Assembly: GCA_000002435.2 (NCBI GenBank)
Contig: CM018792.1
DNA length: 64,000 nt
Source: Giardia intestinalis
Lineage: Eukaryota
Direction: 5' to 3' (one strand)
The notes beneath the pieces were generated by a model, which saw only the letters and a program-made list of their open reading frames with translations, did no database searches and was not told the origin of the DNA. A program made the translations under genes and the position numbers. Each line of letters opens with the position of its first letter. Position 1 is the stretch's first letter. This document shows, one piece after another, positions 19,712 through 30,393 of this stretch.

Positions 19712-22700
19712 CTAAAAGGGCCTAGAAGATCTCTCGTCCCGCTTAACTTCAACAAACTTGCAGTGAAGACGAAGTGTTCCGCGACGGACGTCCTTCCATG
19801 CCGGCCAATATAGTCTAAAATTACTACTCATGTTCATCGGCCTTTCCAGATCTGCTGGACTGATATACCGAAACACCCCCTGGAAGGTTTTGTAATTCAT
19901 GAAGTATATATTGAACCGGATTGGAAGGCAATCATTCAATAATAGATAAATAGATAGTAGACAGTAGTAAAAATATAGATTATACGCCACACATTGGGTG
20001 TCTCCTTCATCTGGGGTGAGGGACGGTGAGTGCCTCTTGTATTTATTGAATAGCTCCGCATAATTGTAAAGGTTGTGGCCTGGGAAGAGGGATTTCTTAG
20101 GATTCTCAACAAGGTCTGTCACCTCCTGAAGAATAATACCCTCTGTGGCAGTCATGTCCATGTACTTTTCATGGAAGTAGTATATCAGCTCACGCTCCAG
20201 TTCAGGACCCCACAAGTTCCTTAGGCATCGCTTGAATGCGGTATGGAATTGCTCTGTTGTATATCTTTTTGGTTCCTCAGGTTTCTCTGGGTGCTTTGAG
20301 CGTGGAGACCCCTTCTTACGCTCAATTTCGTACTCACTTATACGTTTTTCATACTCTTCTTTACGACGCTTATTATCAGCGGATATCTCTAGTGAGACCT
20401 CCAAAAGGGTTTTGGGAAAGTGGGTGAAGTGCTCAGCTATAAACGACTGGGTAGTAATGTAGTCAAAGAAGTGCTCGGATGTGAACTGCTCCACCATCCA
20501 CTCTGCCGTTAGAATAAGATGCTTACCCACAGTATCTACTGATACATATTGCATCTTCTCGCATAGCACTGAAGCGTACTTTGTGAGTAAATCATCAGTT
20601 GGTAGAGGTGAAAAGGGATCACAGTTAGAATGATCGAGGAAGAAGTGCATAAACGGAATGACGCTCGTGAAGGCTTTCTTGTATTCAAGTGGGTCCTGGC
20701 TCGGATTGATGCTCTGCTCTTCTGCAGCAGAAGGCACGCCAGAAGCTCCACTGTACTTTTCGAGTATCATATTCAGTTTTGTCCTATCACTTTTCGTCCG
20801 ACTTGCTGTACTATTAAGAGGGAGAGAAGAGGACCGAGAAAAGGGCCGGGTTCCAGGGCGAGTACCAATTGTTGATAGAGACATGGATGCCATAGAACTG
20901 GGCCCTGCACTGCCCAGATGCATATCAGAGCTGACGTTAAAGGTTGACGCCGGTGACATGGTACTGTATCTGGAGTCTGGGTATGCAGAGATAGTAACGG
21001 GTTTCACTTGTGCTTTTACCTGAATTCTAGAAGGAGAGGGTCTAGAGGACCGTGCAGATGGTGATGCTGCAACTACTGAGCTCTGTCTGTTAATGCTATT
21101 TCTTCTAGAACCCGAGCGCGAACTAGGCTGAGACTTTGCCCTAGGCTTAGGCTTAGGTGCCGAGCGCGGTCTAGGTGTATGCCTAGAACCCGTTCCTCTT
21201 CTTGTCGCACTGTGTTTTGTTGTAATCGGTATTCGGTCTGCTTCTTGTGTTTTAGATTTTTCGGTAGAAGTGGATATCGGATTATAATCAGAGTGTAAGA
21301 CTACCGCATGTGGCTCAACCACTGCAACGAGTGTCTGTAGTTCGTCCGAGAAGACGTGGGGTGAGCGTGGTTGTGAAACAGCAGCAGGAGTTTGTGGATT
21401 TAGGTCGAGGTCTGTGCTAGCCGAGTCAGCAGCACGGCTATCTCCTGTCTCGGAACTAGAGTCGCAAGGTTTAGGGTTATCCGCCGTTTCAGAGTCAACT
21501 CTATCATGTTCTGAAGGAAAGTCTGAAGTATAGATGGTAGTAGGAGAAATGCGATTGCGAGCTGTTTGAAAAGTAGTATCTGATCGTGTAGGTATTTTGA
21601 CATACTCTTCCTTTTCATCCAGGCATGCTTTCACTGACCTATCTCTTTGGGGAAAAGTGTCACTACCGCCTTTGAAGACTAAGGTTGCACCGGGGCCGAT
21701 AGGGGACTCTGTCTCAGCTGCTTGCAAGGTCGGAGTCGGTTCTCTTAATATTACTGGGGAAGCACTCGGGTGACTGTACGAATTAATTGGGTACATAGCG
21801 AAGCCCAGATCAGGATTTGATGAGGCTATGTTGCCGTATCCTGTAGCAACCGATGATCTCGGAGACGCGGATAAACTATGTGCTTTTTTAGAGGACTGAC
21901 GAGTACATCTCTCTGTGGTAAGATCAGCTATGCTTGCAGCTTGTCGTGAGACACTCGTAGTCCAGTTGCCTCCGAGAATATTTGGCTGCGGACTCAACAG
22001 CTTTGTGAGCACTTTGTTATAAAATACGGCATCAAAGTCTTCTGAGCCGCGTTGCTCGGCCATCACTTGCGCGGCTGCAGAAGCCGCCAATACAGCAGCC
22101 GTTTCGTTCTGTTCTGGACTTCCTGGTCTCTGATTAGAGAGGGCAGTTGCTAGGGGATGTAGCAAACGTGAAGCGTCTAAAGGAGAGGTGTTTGCCGTAT
22201 GCGGAGCGGTGTCGTTAGATTTGGATGTCATACCTTGTACTGAATCGCCCGCTACAGGATTATATTTGGGCGAGGAAGGGCTCTCAGGCTTGAAGGAGCC
22301 TAGTGTCTTGTATCTAGAACTCACTGGGAGACTAGTAGAGCGGACTATGCTCAATCCATGGGACGTATGCTGGGTTGGGACCAGTTCATAGATAGTAGTG
22401 CAGAGCCGGGAAAGTAATGATTCTGTAGCGCGTATGGAGCTCGATATGGCTTCCAGCTGGAGGTTGTTAGCAGATAGTACCTGAAGGAAGCTCTTGTTCT
22501 GGCCGTAGAGGTCTGAAACCTGAGCAGCTATAGCTGACAAATCATGTGTAGCTTTTGCAAGACTCTCTTTTATGTTATCAACAGAGTTCGATTCCACGTC
22601 GAAGGCATTGCCTTGATGGAGAAACGTGTCGGAAGTAGCTTTTCCGGACCCAGAATAAGTCTTGTAGACATGGTGGCCTGCAGATGGAGGCTCAGCTACT

Positions 22701-22723
22701 GAATGCGAAAGCGCTACACGCAT
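19712..22723 (-). CDS. Hypothetical protein, 1003 aa. The N-terminal two-thirds is Ser/Pro-rich and low-complexity; the C-terminal ~330 aa is a structured domain.
   Basis: Long ORF. It contains basic and Ser repeats (PRPRSAPKPKPRAKSQPSSRSGSRRNS). The C-terminal region looks globular, but I cannot place it in a family with confidence. Confidence 0.6.
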   Translation of the reverse strand: MRVALSHSVAEPPSAGHHVYKTYSGSGKATSDTFLHQGNAFDVESNSVDNIKESLAKATHDLSAIAAQVSDLYGQNKSFLQVLSANNLQLEAISSSIRATESLLSRLCTTIYELVPTQHTSHGLSIVRSTSLPVSSRYKTLGSFKPESPSSPKYNPVAGDSVQGMTSKSNDTAPHTANTSPLDASRLLHPLATALSNQRPGSPEQNETAAVLAASAAAQVMAEQRGSEDFDAVFYNKVLTKLLSPQPNILGGNWTTSVSRQAASIADLTTERCTRQSSKKAHSLSASPRSSVATGYGNIASSNPDLGFAMYPINSYSHPSASPVILREPTPTLQAAETESPIGPGATLVFKGGSDTFPQRDRSVKACLDEKEEYVKIPTRSDTTFQTARNRISPTTIYTSDFPSEHDRVDSETADNPKPCDSSSETGDSRAADSASTDLDLNPQTPAAVSQPRSPHVFSDELQTLVAVVEPHAVVLHSDYNPISTSTEKSKTQEADRIPITTKHSATRRGTGSRHTPRPRSAPKPKPRAKSQPSSRSGSRRNSINRQSSVVAASPSARSSRPSPSRIQVKAQVKPVTISAYPDSRYSTMSPASTFNVSSDMHLGSAGPSSMASMSLSTIGTRPGTRPFSRSSSLPLNSTASRTKSDRTKLNMILEKYSGASGVPSAAEEQSINPSQDPLEYKKAFTSVIPFMHFFLDHSNCDPFSPLPTDDLLTKYASVLCEKMQYVSVDTVGKHLILTAEWMVEQFTSEHFFDYITTQSFIAEHFTHFPKTLLEVSLEISADNKRRKEEYEKRISEYEIERKKGSPRSKHPEKPEEPKRYTTEQFHTAFKRCLRNLWGPELERELIYYFHEKYMDMTATEGIILQEVTDLVENPKKSLFPGHNLYNYAELFNKYKRHSPSLTPDEGDTQCVAYNLYFYYCLLSIYLLLNDCLPIRFNIYFMNYKTFQGVFRYISPADLERPMNMSSNFRLYWPAWKDVRRGTLRLHCKFVEVKRDERSSRPF

Positions 22724-22773
22724 GTCTCCAGGCTAGACAGGTGATTTGCAAAAATTGAAGCAAAAGCCAAAAA

Positions 22774-23661
22774 ATGAGTCTAATATTATGTTTGGCGCGC
22801 AAGCAATATCGCGCCACAATTCTAGAGCACAATAAAAGGATTTTTGTGAAACTTGAACGACAGCTAGTCTCCGACTGGCTGCCAATCGGTGAAAAGTACC
22901 TTCCTGGGGTGTGTCGCACAGACGTTTGTATCGCTGCACTAGGAGAGTATGTGCTTATTTACGATGGTAGTAGCGATGTTCTCTTCGTTCTTGATACAAA
23001 GCTCAACTTTATAACTTGTCTCAGGGGAGCCCTGCAGCTTGACTTGACAAAGGCCTCTCCAATCCGTTACAGATCTTTCTTCTTGCTCACTGAAGAAAGC
23101 CGTCTGGTGCTGCTCTATGAAAAGTTCCACAGGAAGCACAATATGACCCATCGCTGTGTTGTCCAAGGTGAGTTTGTCTACATCTCTACTACCACTCCCA
23201 CTATGCTGTTAGAGCCATGCATGACCACTCCATGTCTTACTTTTCAATCATACACTGAAACAGAAATATGCAACTACAGCAAGATAAGGGGGGCAGCCCT
23301 CTGTGATGGTACCATTTATGCCCTCGTCAAAGAGCCCTTAGCGCCAAAGTACTCCGTCGCTGTGTATTCTGCTCTCAAGTCTACTAAGGTCAGTGTGCCT
23401 AGTTGGAACGTGATCCTTCGCAACGTTGGACTTATGCACTTCTTTGTTTATAAGCACCAGCTGTTTGCTTTAGAATTTGACGTCTATAACTCAGTAATTT
23501 ACCACTTCGTTCCAGGAGAACCGTACAGAATCCAGTATGTCTGCACGAAGATACCGCTTCAGACGGAAAAGCGGAAGACTAGCATATATGCCAATAAAGG
23601 CTTCATTTACACTGACTCTGACAAGCTTTTGTTACGGTTAAATAAGTTTATCTTTGTTTAG
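22774..23661 (+). CDS. Hypothetical protein, 295 aa
   Basis: Clean ORF between two genes. No recognisable motif. Confidence 0.5.
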   Translation: MSLILCLARKQYRATILEHNKRIFVKLERQLVSDWLPIGEKYLPGVCRTDVCIAALGEYVLIYDGSSDVLFVLDTKLNFITCLRGALQLDLTKASPIRYRSFFLLTEESRLVLLYEKFHRKHNMTHRCVVQGEFVYISTTTPTMLLEPCMTTPCLTFQSYTETEICNYSKIRGAALCDGTIYALVKEPLAPKYSVAVYSALKSTKVSVPSWNVILRNVGLMHFFVYKHQLFALEFDVYNSVIYHFVPGEPYRIQYVCTKIPLQTEKRKTSIYANKGFIYTDSDKLLLRLNKFIFV

Positions 23662-23834
23662 CCGTTGGTTTGTCAGTTTGAGTGATCACGCAGGAGGGTG
23701 AAAGACTTCCCTCTATGCTTCGAGATGCTTCTCTTTCGCACCACTGATAGCACAGACAATGTGCTGAGTTAGATCTACCTGGCTGTGAATGCTAGGCAGC
23801 CAGAGCAATCGAAAATAAAAATTCAGATACGGAA

Positions 23835-24035
23835 ATGGAGCAGCCGCCATCTAATCCCTCTTCTGCAGCAGTTCACGACCGGATATCTCTCGAAGCGATG
23901 CCCACGCGGGCGTATTTGGATGAGACGGTCGTCCCTATCGTAATGCAGGGCCTCGCCGCTCTAGTGCAGGAGAGGCCCGAAAATCCTGTCCAATTCCTGG
24001 GAGAGTTTCTTCTCCTGCACAGTCAAAAGAAGTAA
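23835..24035 (+). CDS. Dpy-30-motif protein, 66 aa
   Basis: [37 protein letters not shown] matches the Dpy-30 dimerisation/docking motif (..YL.QTV.PIL.QGL..L.KERP.NPIEFLA.YLL). An A-rich tract sits immediately 5' of the ATG. Confidence 0.7.
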   Translation: MEQPPSNPSSAAVHDRISLEAMPTRAYLDETVVPIVMQGLAALVQERPENPVQFLGEFLLLHSQKK

Positions 24036-24125
24036 ACGTCTGTTTGCTTTCTAGTGGCGTATGTCTACAAGCAAATTTTAATGACGTCTAGTCACGTTAA
24101 TCAAAAAAAGGACGCGGAAATAAAA

Positions 24126-26114
24126 ATGCTCGCTCTTGTCTTTGCCGCCCTGGCTCTGGCGGAGACCATCATTGGGATAGACCTCGGCACGACCTACTCG
24201 TGCGTGGCCGTCTCCCGCGCCGGCCAAGTGGAGATCATCCCCAACGAGCTCGGGGCACGTGTTACGCCCTCCTACGTCGCCTTCACGGCGGACGGGGAGC
24301 GCTTGGTGGGCGATGCAGCAAAGAACTACGCACCAATAAGTCCTGAGAATACGATCTTCGATGTCAAGCGCCTTATCGGGCGCAAGTTTGACGATCCTGA
24401 GGTGCAGAAGGACATGAAACTCCTCCCGTACAAAGTGATCAATAAGGATGGGCGACCCTTCGTTCAGCTTTCGGGGACTAACTTGCCAAAGGAGCTGCAG
24501 AACAAAATCATGTCCCCAGAGGAGATTTCCGCGATGGTTCTCACGAAGATGAAGACCATCGCAGAGGACTACCTTGGCGAGAAGATCACAAAGGCAGTCG
24601 TCACTGTTCCCGCCTACTTCTCCGACTCACAGCGCTCTGCCACCAAGGACGCCGGTCGCATTGCTGGGTTAGACGTTGTCCGCATCATCAATGAGCCCAC
24701 CTCGTCCTCCATTGCCTATGGGCTCGATAAGAAGACACAGGAGACGTCCGGCAAGGCGAAGAATATCCTCGTCTTCGACTGCGGCGGTGGTACGCATGAT
24801 GTGTCCATCCTCTCTGTCGACTCTGGCGTTTTTGAGGTTCTGGCCACCGCCGGAAACACCCATCTTGGTGGTGAGGACTTCGACCGCCGCCTCCTCGATC
24901 ACTTCATTGCAATTTTCAAAAAGAAGAATAACATCGATCTTTCTATCACCAACACAGGAGATAAGGCAAAGGATATGGCCGTGAAGAAGGCCATATCTCG
25001 GCTTCGGCGAGAGATCGAGGCAGGGAAGCGCCAGCTCTCTACTGCCTCATCTGTGCAGATTGTTGTTGACTCCCTCATCGATGGGATCGATTTCTCTGAG
25101 TCGCTGACGCGCGCCAAGTTTGAGGAACTCAATATAGATCTTTTCAAGAAGTCCATTAAGCCTGTGGAGCAGGTCCTCCGGGATGCTAAGCTCAAGACGA
25201 CTGATATTGACGAGGTTGTCCTGGTCGGCGGGTCTACCCGTATACCGAAGATTCGTCAGCTCCTGCAGGACTATTTCAATGGGAAAGCCCTCAACAAGGA
25301 CATCAATGCCGACGAGGCCGTTGCCTGGGGCGCTGCTGTACAGGCCTCCATTCTCAGTGGTGCGAAGGATCACGATGTCCTCCTGATAGACGTCACCCCG
25401 CTCACGCTGGGCATTGAGACCCAGGGAGGCATTATGACGCCGCTTATTGAGCGGAACTCTTACATACCGGTTAAGAAGTCCAAGATCTTCTCGACCGTTC
25501 AGGACCAGCAGACGATGGTCAAGATCCAGGTCTATGAGGGAGAGAGGTCCATGGTCAAGGACAACAACCTTCTGGGAAACTTCGACCTCAATGACATCCC
25601 TCCAGCTCCGCGGGGCACTCCACAGATTGAGGTCACCTTCGAGATAGACTCTAACGGCATCCTCACAGTTTCTGCAGTGGAGAAGTCGTCGGGGAAGGAA
25701 GAGTCCATCACTATCAAGAACGACCGTGGCCGGTTGTCTGAAGACGAGATCAATCGTCTTGTCAAGGAGGCAGAGGAGTTCGCGGAGGAGGATAAGATAA
25801 ACAGAGAGCGTGCTGAGGCTCGGAATGCCTTTGAGATGATCGTGTCGATAACAACGACTCAGACAACCGCGGATAAGGAGGGCAACATCGTTGACAAGAT
25901 CTCCTCAGACGACCTTGAGAAGGTCAAGGAGGCCGTTAAAGAGGCTCAGGACTGGCTCCGTGATAACACTGATGCCAGCAAGGAGGAGATCGAGGAGGAG
26001 AAGAGCAAGTTCGAAAAAGTTGTCCAGCCCATCCTCGGCGAAAACTTCGGCCGATCTGCCAGCGCCGGCAGCAGCGGCCCTGAGTACGACTATGCAGAAA
26101 AAGATGAACTCTAA
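24126..26114 (+). CDS. BIP: BiP/GRP78, the ER-lumenal Hsp70, ending in KDEL
   Basis: Hsp70 signatures are present ([14 protein letters not shown]; DLGGGTFDVSIL-like [14 protein letters not shown]; [12 protein letters not shown]). It has a C-terminal KDEL. A signal peptide ([12 protein letters not shown]) begins at the internal Met at 24126, which is preceded by AAAAA. The ORF track extends upstream to 24054, but that N-terminus is not Hsp70-like. Confidence 0.9.
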   Translation: MLALVFAALALAETIIGIDLGTTYSCVAVSRAGQVEIIPNELGARVTPSYVAFTADGERLVGDAAKNYAPISPENTIFDVKRLIGRKFDDPEVQKDMKLLPYKVINKDGRPFVQLSGTNLPKELQNKIMSPEEISAMVLTKMKTIAEDYLGEKITKAVVTVPAYFSDSQRSATKDAGRIAGLDVVRIINEPTSSSIAYGLDKKTQETSGKAKNILVFDCGGGTHDVSILSVDSGVFEVLATAGNTHLGGEDFDRRLLDHFIAIFKKKNNIDLSITNTGDKAKDMAVKKAISRLRREIEAGKRQLSTASSVQIVVDSLIDGIDFSESLTRAKFEELNIDLFKKSIKPVEQVLRDAKLKTTDIDEVVLVGGSTRIPKIRQLLQDYFNGKALNKDINADEAVAWGAAVQASILSGAKDHDVLLIDVTPLTLGIETQGGIMTPLIERNSYIPVKKSKIFSTVQDQQTMVKIQVYEGERSMVKDNNLLGNFDLNDIPPAPRGTPQIEVTFEIDSNGILTVSAVEKSSGKEESITIKNDRGRLSEDEINRLVKEAEEFAEEDKINRERAEARNAFEMIVSITTTQTTADKEGNIVDKISSDDLEKVKEAVKEAQDWLRDNTDASKEEIEEEKSKFEKVVQPILGENFGRSASAGSSGPEYDYAEKDEL

Positions 26115-26157
26115 ACTCTGGGCTTTGAGAAGTTCAAGAGGTCTTGTAAACTAACCA

Positions 26158-29100
26158 ATGCGCATGGATGACGAGCGGCTCCAGTGGCCCCCGTGCTCTG
26201 TGTTTGACAGGACTGTCTGCGATTGCCTGCATGAGCTGGAGAGCACAGATGTATACCCTTGGCAGGTTGTCTGGTATCTCCTGCAGGTGTTCCTTCCAGA
26301 CACCGCTGCACGGATGAAGCCCTACATGTCTTGCAGCTCCGCCATGATGACTATTCTACAGCACAAAATCGGTAGCGAACCTCTGCAAATAAGCTTTGAA
26401 AGCCTTTCCATTCTTCTCCAATGCCTCTCTGGGCAGGCCTTTTTTCGTGCGCTGGATGTACATGCAAAGGGTTGCTCAGCAGCGTTCAGAGACCTTTTTG
26501 TAGAGGCACGGTTAGGGCTAATCACCCTTTTGTGGGAGCAAGCTGATGATCAAGCCCCTTTCCTGCTCTATGAATTGATGATCCAACTGCTTAGGGCACA
26601 CAGCAGCCTTTCGTTGATTGAAACTTGCACACTGTTGTTTATCCCTAGGGTCTCAGTAGACACAGCGCTTTTTGCACAGTTTCTTGTAGAGATTGGCGAA
26701 CTCCTTTCACCAAACCTATCAGTAATTGACACAAAGGAAAAACTGGTTGAGGTTGCATTGTTACGCTCTGTGTTCTCACTTACGCTATTGCTATATGCTG
26801 CAGCACCACCGACATGTTTGAAAGCGATCATTTACTCTGATCTCTTCTTGGCAACATACCTGCCTTATCAGTTTATTTCACCAATGCACTTCGCCCTGAG
26901 CCTGTGCAATCTTTTATTGGAGCCTACCGCTCTATCTCTTTCCATGCGGACAATGATAAGTGAGCTGATTCTAGAAAGCCTCAATTCTGAGCTTACCTCT
27001 ACCTTGTCACTGATGCCCCTCACCAGTGTCATTGAGGAAGGATCCCGCATCTCTACCACCTGTTGTGGCGAGCTTTTAAGAAGTGCTCTAGCCTTACTTT
27101 GTTCTGAGACATCAAGTCTTGATGAGAGTCACGACCAATCCACGGGCTTACTCGCTGTTTCTGCATTTCCTTGTATGCCAGACTACACTGCTTCCATGAC
27201 TCATCTTTCAGCACCTTTTGTTGAGCTTTCTCTATTGATGAAAGACTTCAACTCTAGACCTCATACATCAAATACAAAGTCTGATGCGCTTTTTGCTGTC
27301 TCAATACCTCCACCACTAATGGGAGACACCACAGAGGTACTTGCCAAGCATTTCTCAGCCTTGGCCTCCCAGAGCATTTGGCATCAGGCAATCCTCTTGG
27401 CAGCATGTTTTCAAATAGTTGCCGGACGGCTACATTTAGAGCCATGCGATGACTCATCTAGCATTAACCTACCTGCTCTAAATATTGAAGTTTTGACTAC
27501 ATTTCTAGGGAGGTTATTTGCAGCTGAATCAGATGCTGTTCCCTCTGCTCTCATCAATCTGAACTCACCTACGTTTCTTAGCAGCTTTCACAGCATACAC
27601 CACCGGCAGCTAATCGGTGATCTATACTATTTACAAATATCTCCACGGCTTGGCAGGATAAATAGTATCAAGCTGTGGAATCTTCTATTATTCAACAACG
27701 CCAATCTGTTCTGTACTAGACCACTAGTAGTGTGTGATAATGATATTTTAATTTCCCGAGGAAAGGCGGCCGCAGATCTATTAGACTTCATGCTTTCTGG
27801 TGACATCACCGGCAGCGAGAAAGAGAAATCTTCACGCTGGTGCTCAAAGTGGATGGACTATCTCTTAGATGTCACTAGTATGACTGTTAGAACGATGTCA
27901 CTAAAATCTTTGTCTTCAGAAATACCCGTATTCCTTATTTTCTCATTTACCCTGTCCTTGCAGTATCTGTCGCACATTTCAACAATCTCAAAGATGCAAT
28001 TAAATAACCATACGTCGGGAGCAACCAATGATGCTATTACATTTGATACGTTTGTGAAATATCTTTCTAGTACATGGACTCTATATGCCAATCCGTCTAT
28101 TTCTGCAATTCTCTTACTTGATACATACTCGTGTGACTTTCATGATGACGGACTTGTTGCTATGAGCACCGTTTCAGTGCTGCAGACTCTTTATCCCGTT
28201 CTACCACGAGCAGATCTGAACTTTTATAACAAGGTTGGAGCATCCTTTTTAGGAACAACCAAATCCGTTATAGAATTTTACAAACGCGGAGTTGCCTCGC
28301 CTCTACACGTGGTTTTTATGCTCCTTTATATTATTGTTCCAGAGGCGTTTCCACCCATCCATATCCTTCTTGGTTATCTTTTGGCATTTTCCCTTTGTCC
28401 CACTTACCAGACTGCTCTTCCACTTATACTTTCAACTGCACCTGGTTGTCTAGGGACGTATCTCATGAATCAGGAGAGCGTACTTCTTAGCATGCTTTAT
28501 GAGTTACAAACACGTGGCCCGTCAGGGAGCCGTTCGACTATCTCCAGCCTCAAGCAGCGCTTATGGCGAGCACTAGACAAGTATGTGGCCTCCATCCACT
28601 GCATGACCCTCTATGTCTCGCTCTTGATTTACGTGTCGACATATGAACTATCTCTTCTCAAAGCAGATCAATCAACTGGTACTATTTCCAATGGCGATTC
28701 CAGTGGCGCAGAGGCACTTGAAAGGAATCTCAAATCTCTTCTTTTGCAACACTTAGTAGGCATCTCCACTATTCAGTTCACATCAGTTATTGCTTCACAG
28801 CGCATCTTATTTACCATGAGGGCGTATGTTATTAGCATGCCTGCACTGTTCCTGGATATCAGCGACTCTTTTCTGGAGAGATTGCACTGCAGCTCTATAA
28901 CAATGACCAATTTAGTACACTGCTTTAGCACTGCTTGGGCTCACTCTCCGTTTATAAAAGCAGTCATAGACCCTTCGTCCTTCTTTGCCTCATTGGTCCG
29001 TTTGGATTTAGAACAATATTGTGAAACTGGGAATAGTGCACAAACTCGCCTTTGGTTGATTAATTTTCCACAGACGTTTATCTCATCAATAGAAGCAGTA

Positions 29101-30351
29101 GTAGCTTCTGGTGCACATCTTTCTAATGATACTGTCTCAGACACCTTCACAGATCTGCTTATCAATGTACTCTTTATGGCCTACAACACTGAGTCCATCT
29201 CTCGCTCACTGACTGGTGCACACACCAATGACTTGGCAGCAATGGATGGTACGGCCAATAGTTGCATTTCAACAAGGTCGTTCTTTGCTCATCTTTATCA
29301 GATACAAATAGGGCAATTTGTGTTGGAATTATTTCTCCAACTGTCCCACATAACTGTCCTTTTACCCACCAAACTTCCCAAACAACCACAGGTTTTGGAA
29401 AACATCAATCTGAAGCTAGAGCCATCCATAAAGAAGCAAGGGTCTTCTACGCAGACATCAAGCACGCCTTACACTGCTAACAGGTATCTTTTGTATCTTC
29501 AACTAGCCGATACAGTTGCTTCACTTTGTGTTAGAGTTGCCAACTTATACAGGTGTAAGAGCGTGTGGCCGAAGGCTAGGATTGTGCGCCAAACTACAAC
29601 AACCGTCATTTCTGGTGTCTCCCAGGTGCTGGCTTCGGTTGACAAAGTAGTTATAGATACATATCTATGCTATGAACAACATGGTCTTCATCCGCAGCTG
29701 CAGGAATTGTTATGCTGCAGTCCATCTTCCCTTTGTGAGTCAGAGAATGCTGTTGCGCGAATGAGGTTGTTTTGCAGTACGGAGGTTAGTGAATCTCTGC
29801 TTGCACTAGGTGCGATTGAAGGAGGGGCTATCAGCTATATGAAAGTGTATTGTGATGCTTGGCGGTTGCTTATATGCGCTGCATGGATTGCATCGTCGGT
29901 TGCTAAAGGAGCAGATTATAACCATATTCCTGCGTCGATAGTCTTGTACCACGGTGGGCTAACTGTATGCACATACTGCCTTCTTCGTGGGCTCTTTCTA
30001 GCAAAAGCAAGGAAGAATAAGTTCACATTGCAGACAGCACTGCGTTCATATTCGCAAAGGTGCACCAGCGCCAAGCATCGTCTCTCGTTATCTCCATTCT
30101 ACATTCCCGGCTGGCAGCCAGCCGCTACCGACGCACTGCCTCTCTTTCTGACTGCATCTTCACCTATGCTCCACTCAAGCCTTGCAACTCTGAGATCAGC
30201 AGATATACCATTTGCACTTGTGCACTTTTCTGGAGCAGTACAGCATCCTGGCTCTGACATCATCGGGGCGCTTACTACTACGCTTTTGGCAGAAGAAGAC
30301 TCTGCTGGGGAGCTCACTGTGCACAAGGTCACAGAGCCAGCGTGTAATTGA
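26158..30351 (+). CDS. Hypothetical large Leu-rich protein, 1397 aa
   Basis: Long ORF. It is Leu/Ser-rich and probably alpha-helical. No assignable domain. Confidence 0.6.
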   Translation: MRMDDERLQWPPCSVFDRTVCDCLHELESTDVYPWQVVWYLLQVFLPDTAARMKPYMSCSSAMMTILQHKIGSEPLQISFESLSILLQCLSGQAFFRALDVHAKGCSAAFRDLFVEARLGLITLLWEQADDQAPFLLYELMIQLLRAHSSLSLIETCTLLFIPRVSVDTALFAQFLVEIGELLSPNLSVIDTKEKLVEVALLRSVFSLTLLLYAAAPPTCLKAIIYSDLFLATYLPYQFISPMHFALSLCNLLLEPTALSLSMRTMISELILESLNSELTSTLSLMPLTSVIEEGSRISTTCCGELLRSALALLCSETSSLDESHDQSTGLLAVSAFPCMPDYTASMTHLSAPFVELSLLMKDFNSRPHTSNTKSDALFAVSIPPPLMGDTTEVLAKHFSALASQSIWHQAILLAACFQIVAGRLHLEPCDDSSSINLPALNIEVLTTFLGRLFAAESDAVPSALINLNSPTFLSSFHSIHHRQLIGDLYYLQISPRLGRINSIKLWNLLLFNNANLFCTRPLVVCDNDILISRGKAAADLLDFMLSGDITGSEKEKSSRWCSKWMDYLLDVTSMTVRTMSLKSLSSEIPVFLIFSFTLSLQYLSHISTISKMQLNNHTSGATNDAITFDTFVKYLSSTWTLYANPSISAILLLDTYSCDFHDDGLVAMSTVSVLQTLYPVLPRADLNFYNKVGASFLGTTKSVIEFYKRGVASPLHVVFMLLYIIVPEAFPPIHILLGYLLAFSLCPTYQTALPLILSTAPGCLGTYLMNQESVLLSMLYELQTRGPSGSRSTISSLKQRLWRALDKYVASIHCMTLYVSLLIYVSTYELSLLKADQSTGTISNGDSSGAEALERNLKSLLLQHLVGISTIQFTSVIASQRILFTMRAYVISMPALFLDISDSFLERLHCSSITMTNLVHCFSTAWAHSPFIKAVIDPSSFFASLVRLDLEQYCETGNSAQTRLWLINFPQTFISSIEAVVASGAHLSNDTVSDTFTDLLINVLFMAYNTESISRSLTGAHTNDLAAMDGTANSCISTRSFFAHLYQIQIGQFVLELFLQLSHITVLLPTKLPKQPQVLENINLKLEPSIKKQGSSTQTSSTPYTANRYLLYLQLADTVASLCVRVANLYRCKSVWPKARIVRQTTTTVISGVSQVLASVDKVVIDTYLCYEQHGLHPQLQELLCCSPSSLCESENAVARMRLFCSTEVSESLLALGAIEGGAISYMKVYCDAWRLLICAAWIASSVAKGADYNHIPASIVLYHGGLTVCTYCLLRGLFLAKARKNKFTLQTALRSYSQRCTSAKHRLSLSPFYIPGWQPAATDALPLFLTASSPMLHSSLATLRSADIPFALVHFSGAVQHPGSDIIGALTTTLLAEEDSAGELTVHKVTEPACN

Positions 30352-30362
30352 CAACGCACACA

Positions 30363-30369
30363 TTTACTG
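30363..30369 (-). promoter_or_regulatory. PolyA signal AGTAAAT (minus strand), ~25 nt past the FPPS stop
   Basis: Plus-strand atttact. Fits AGTRAAY. Confidence 0.45.
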
Positions 30370-30393
30370 ATTGGTAAGCAATAAAGGTTTCTC

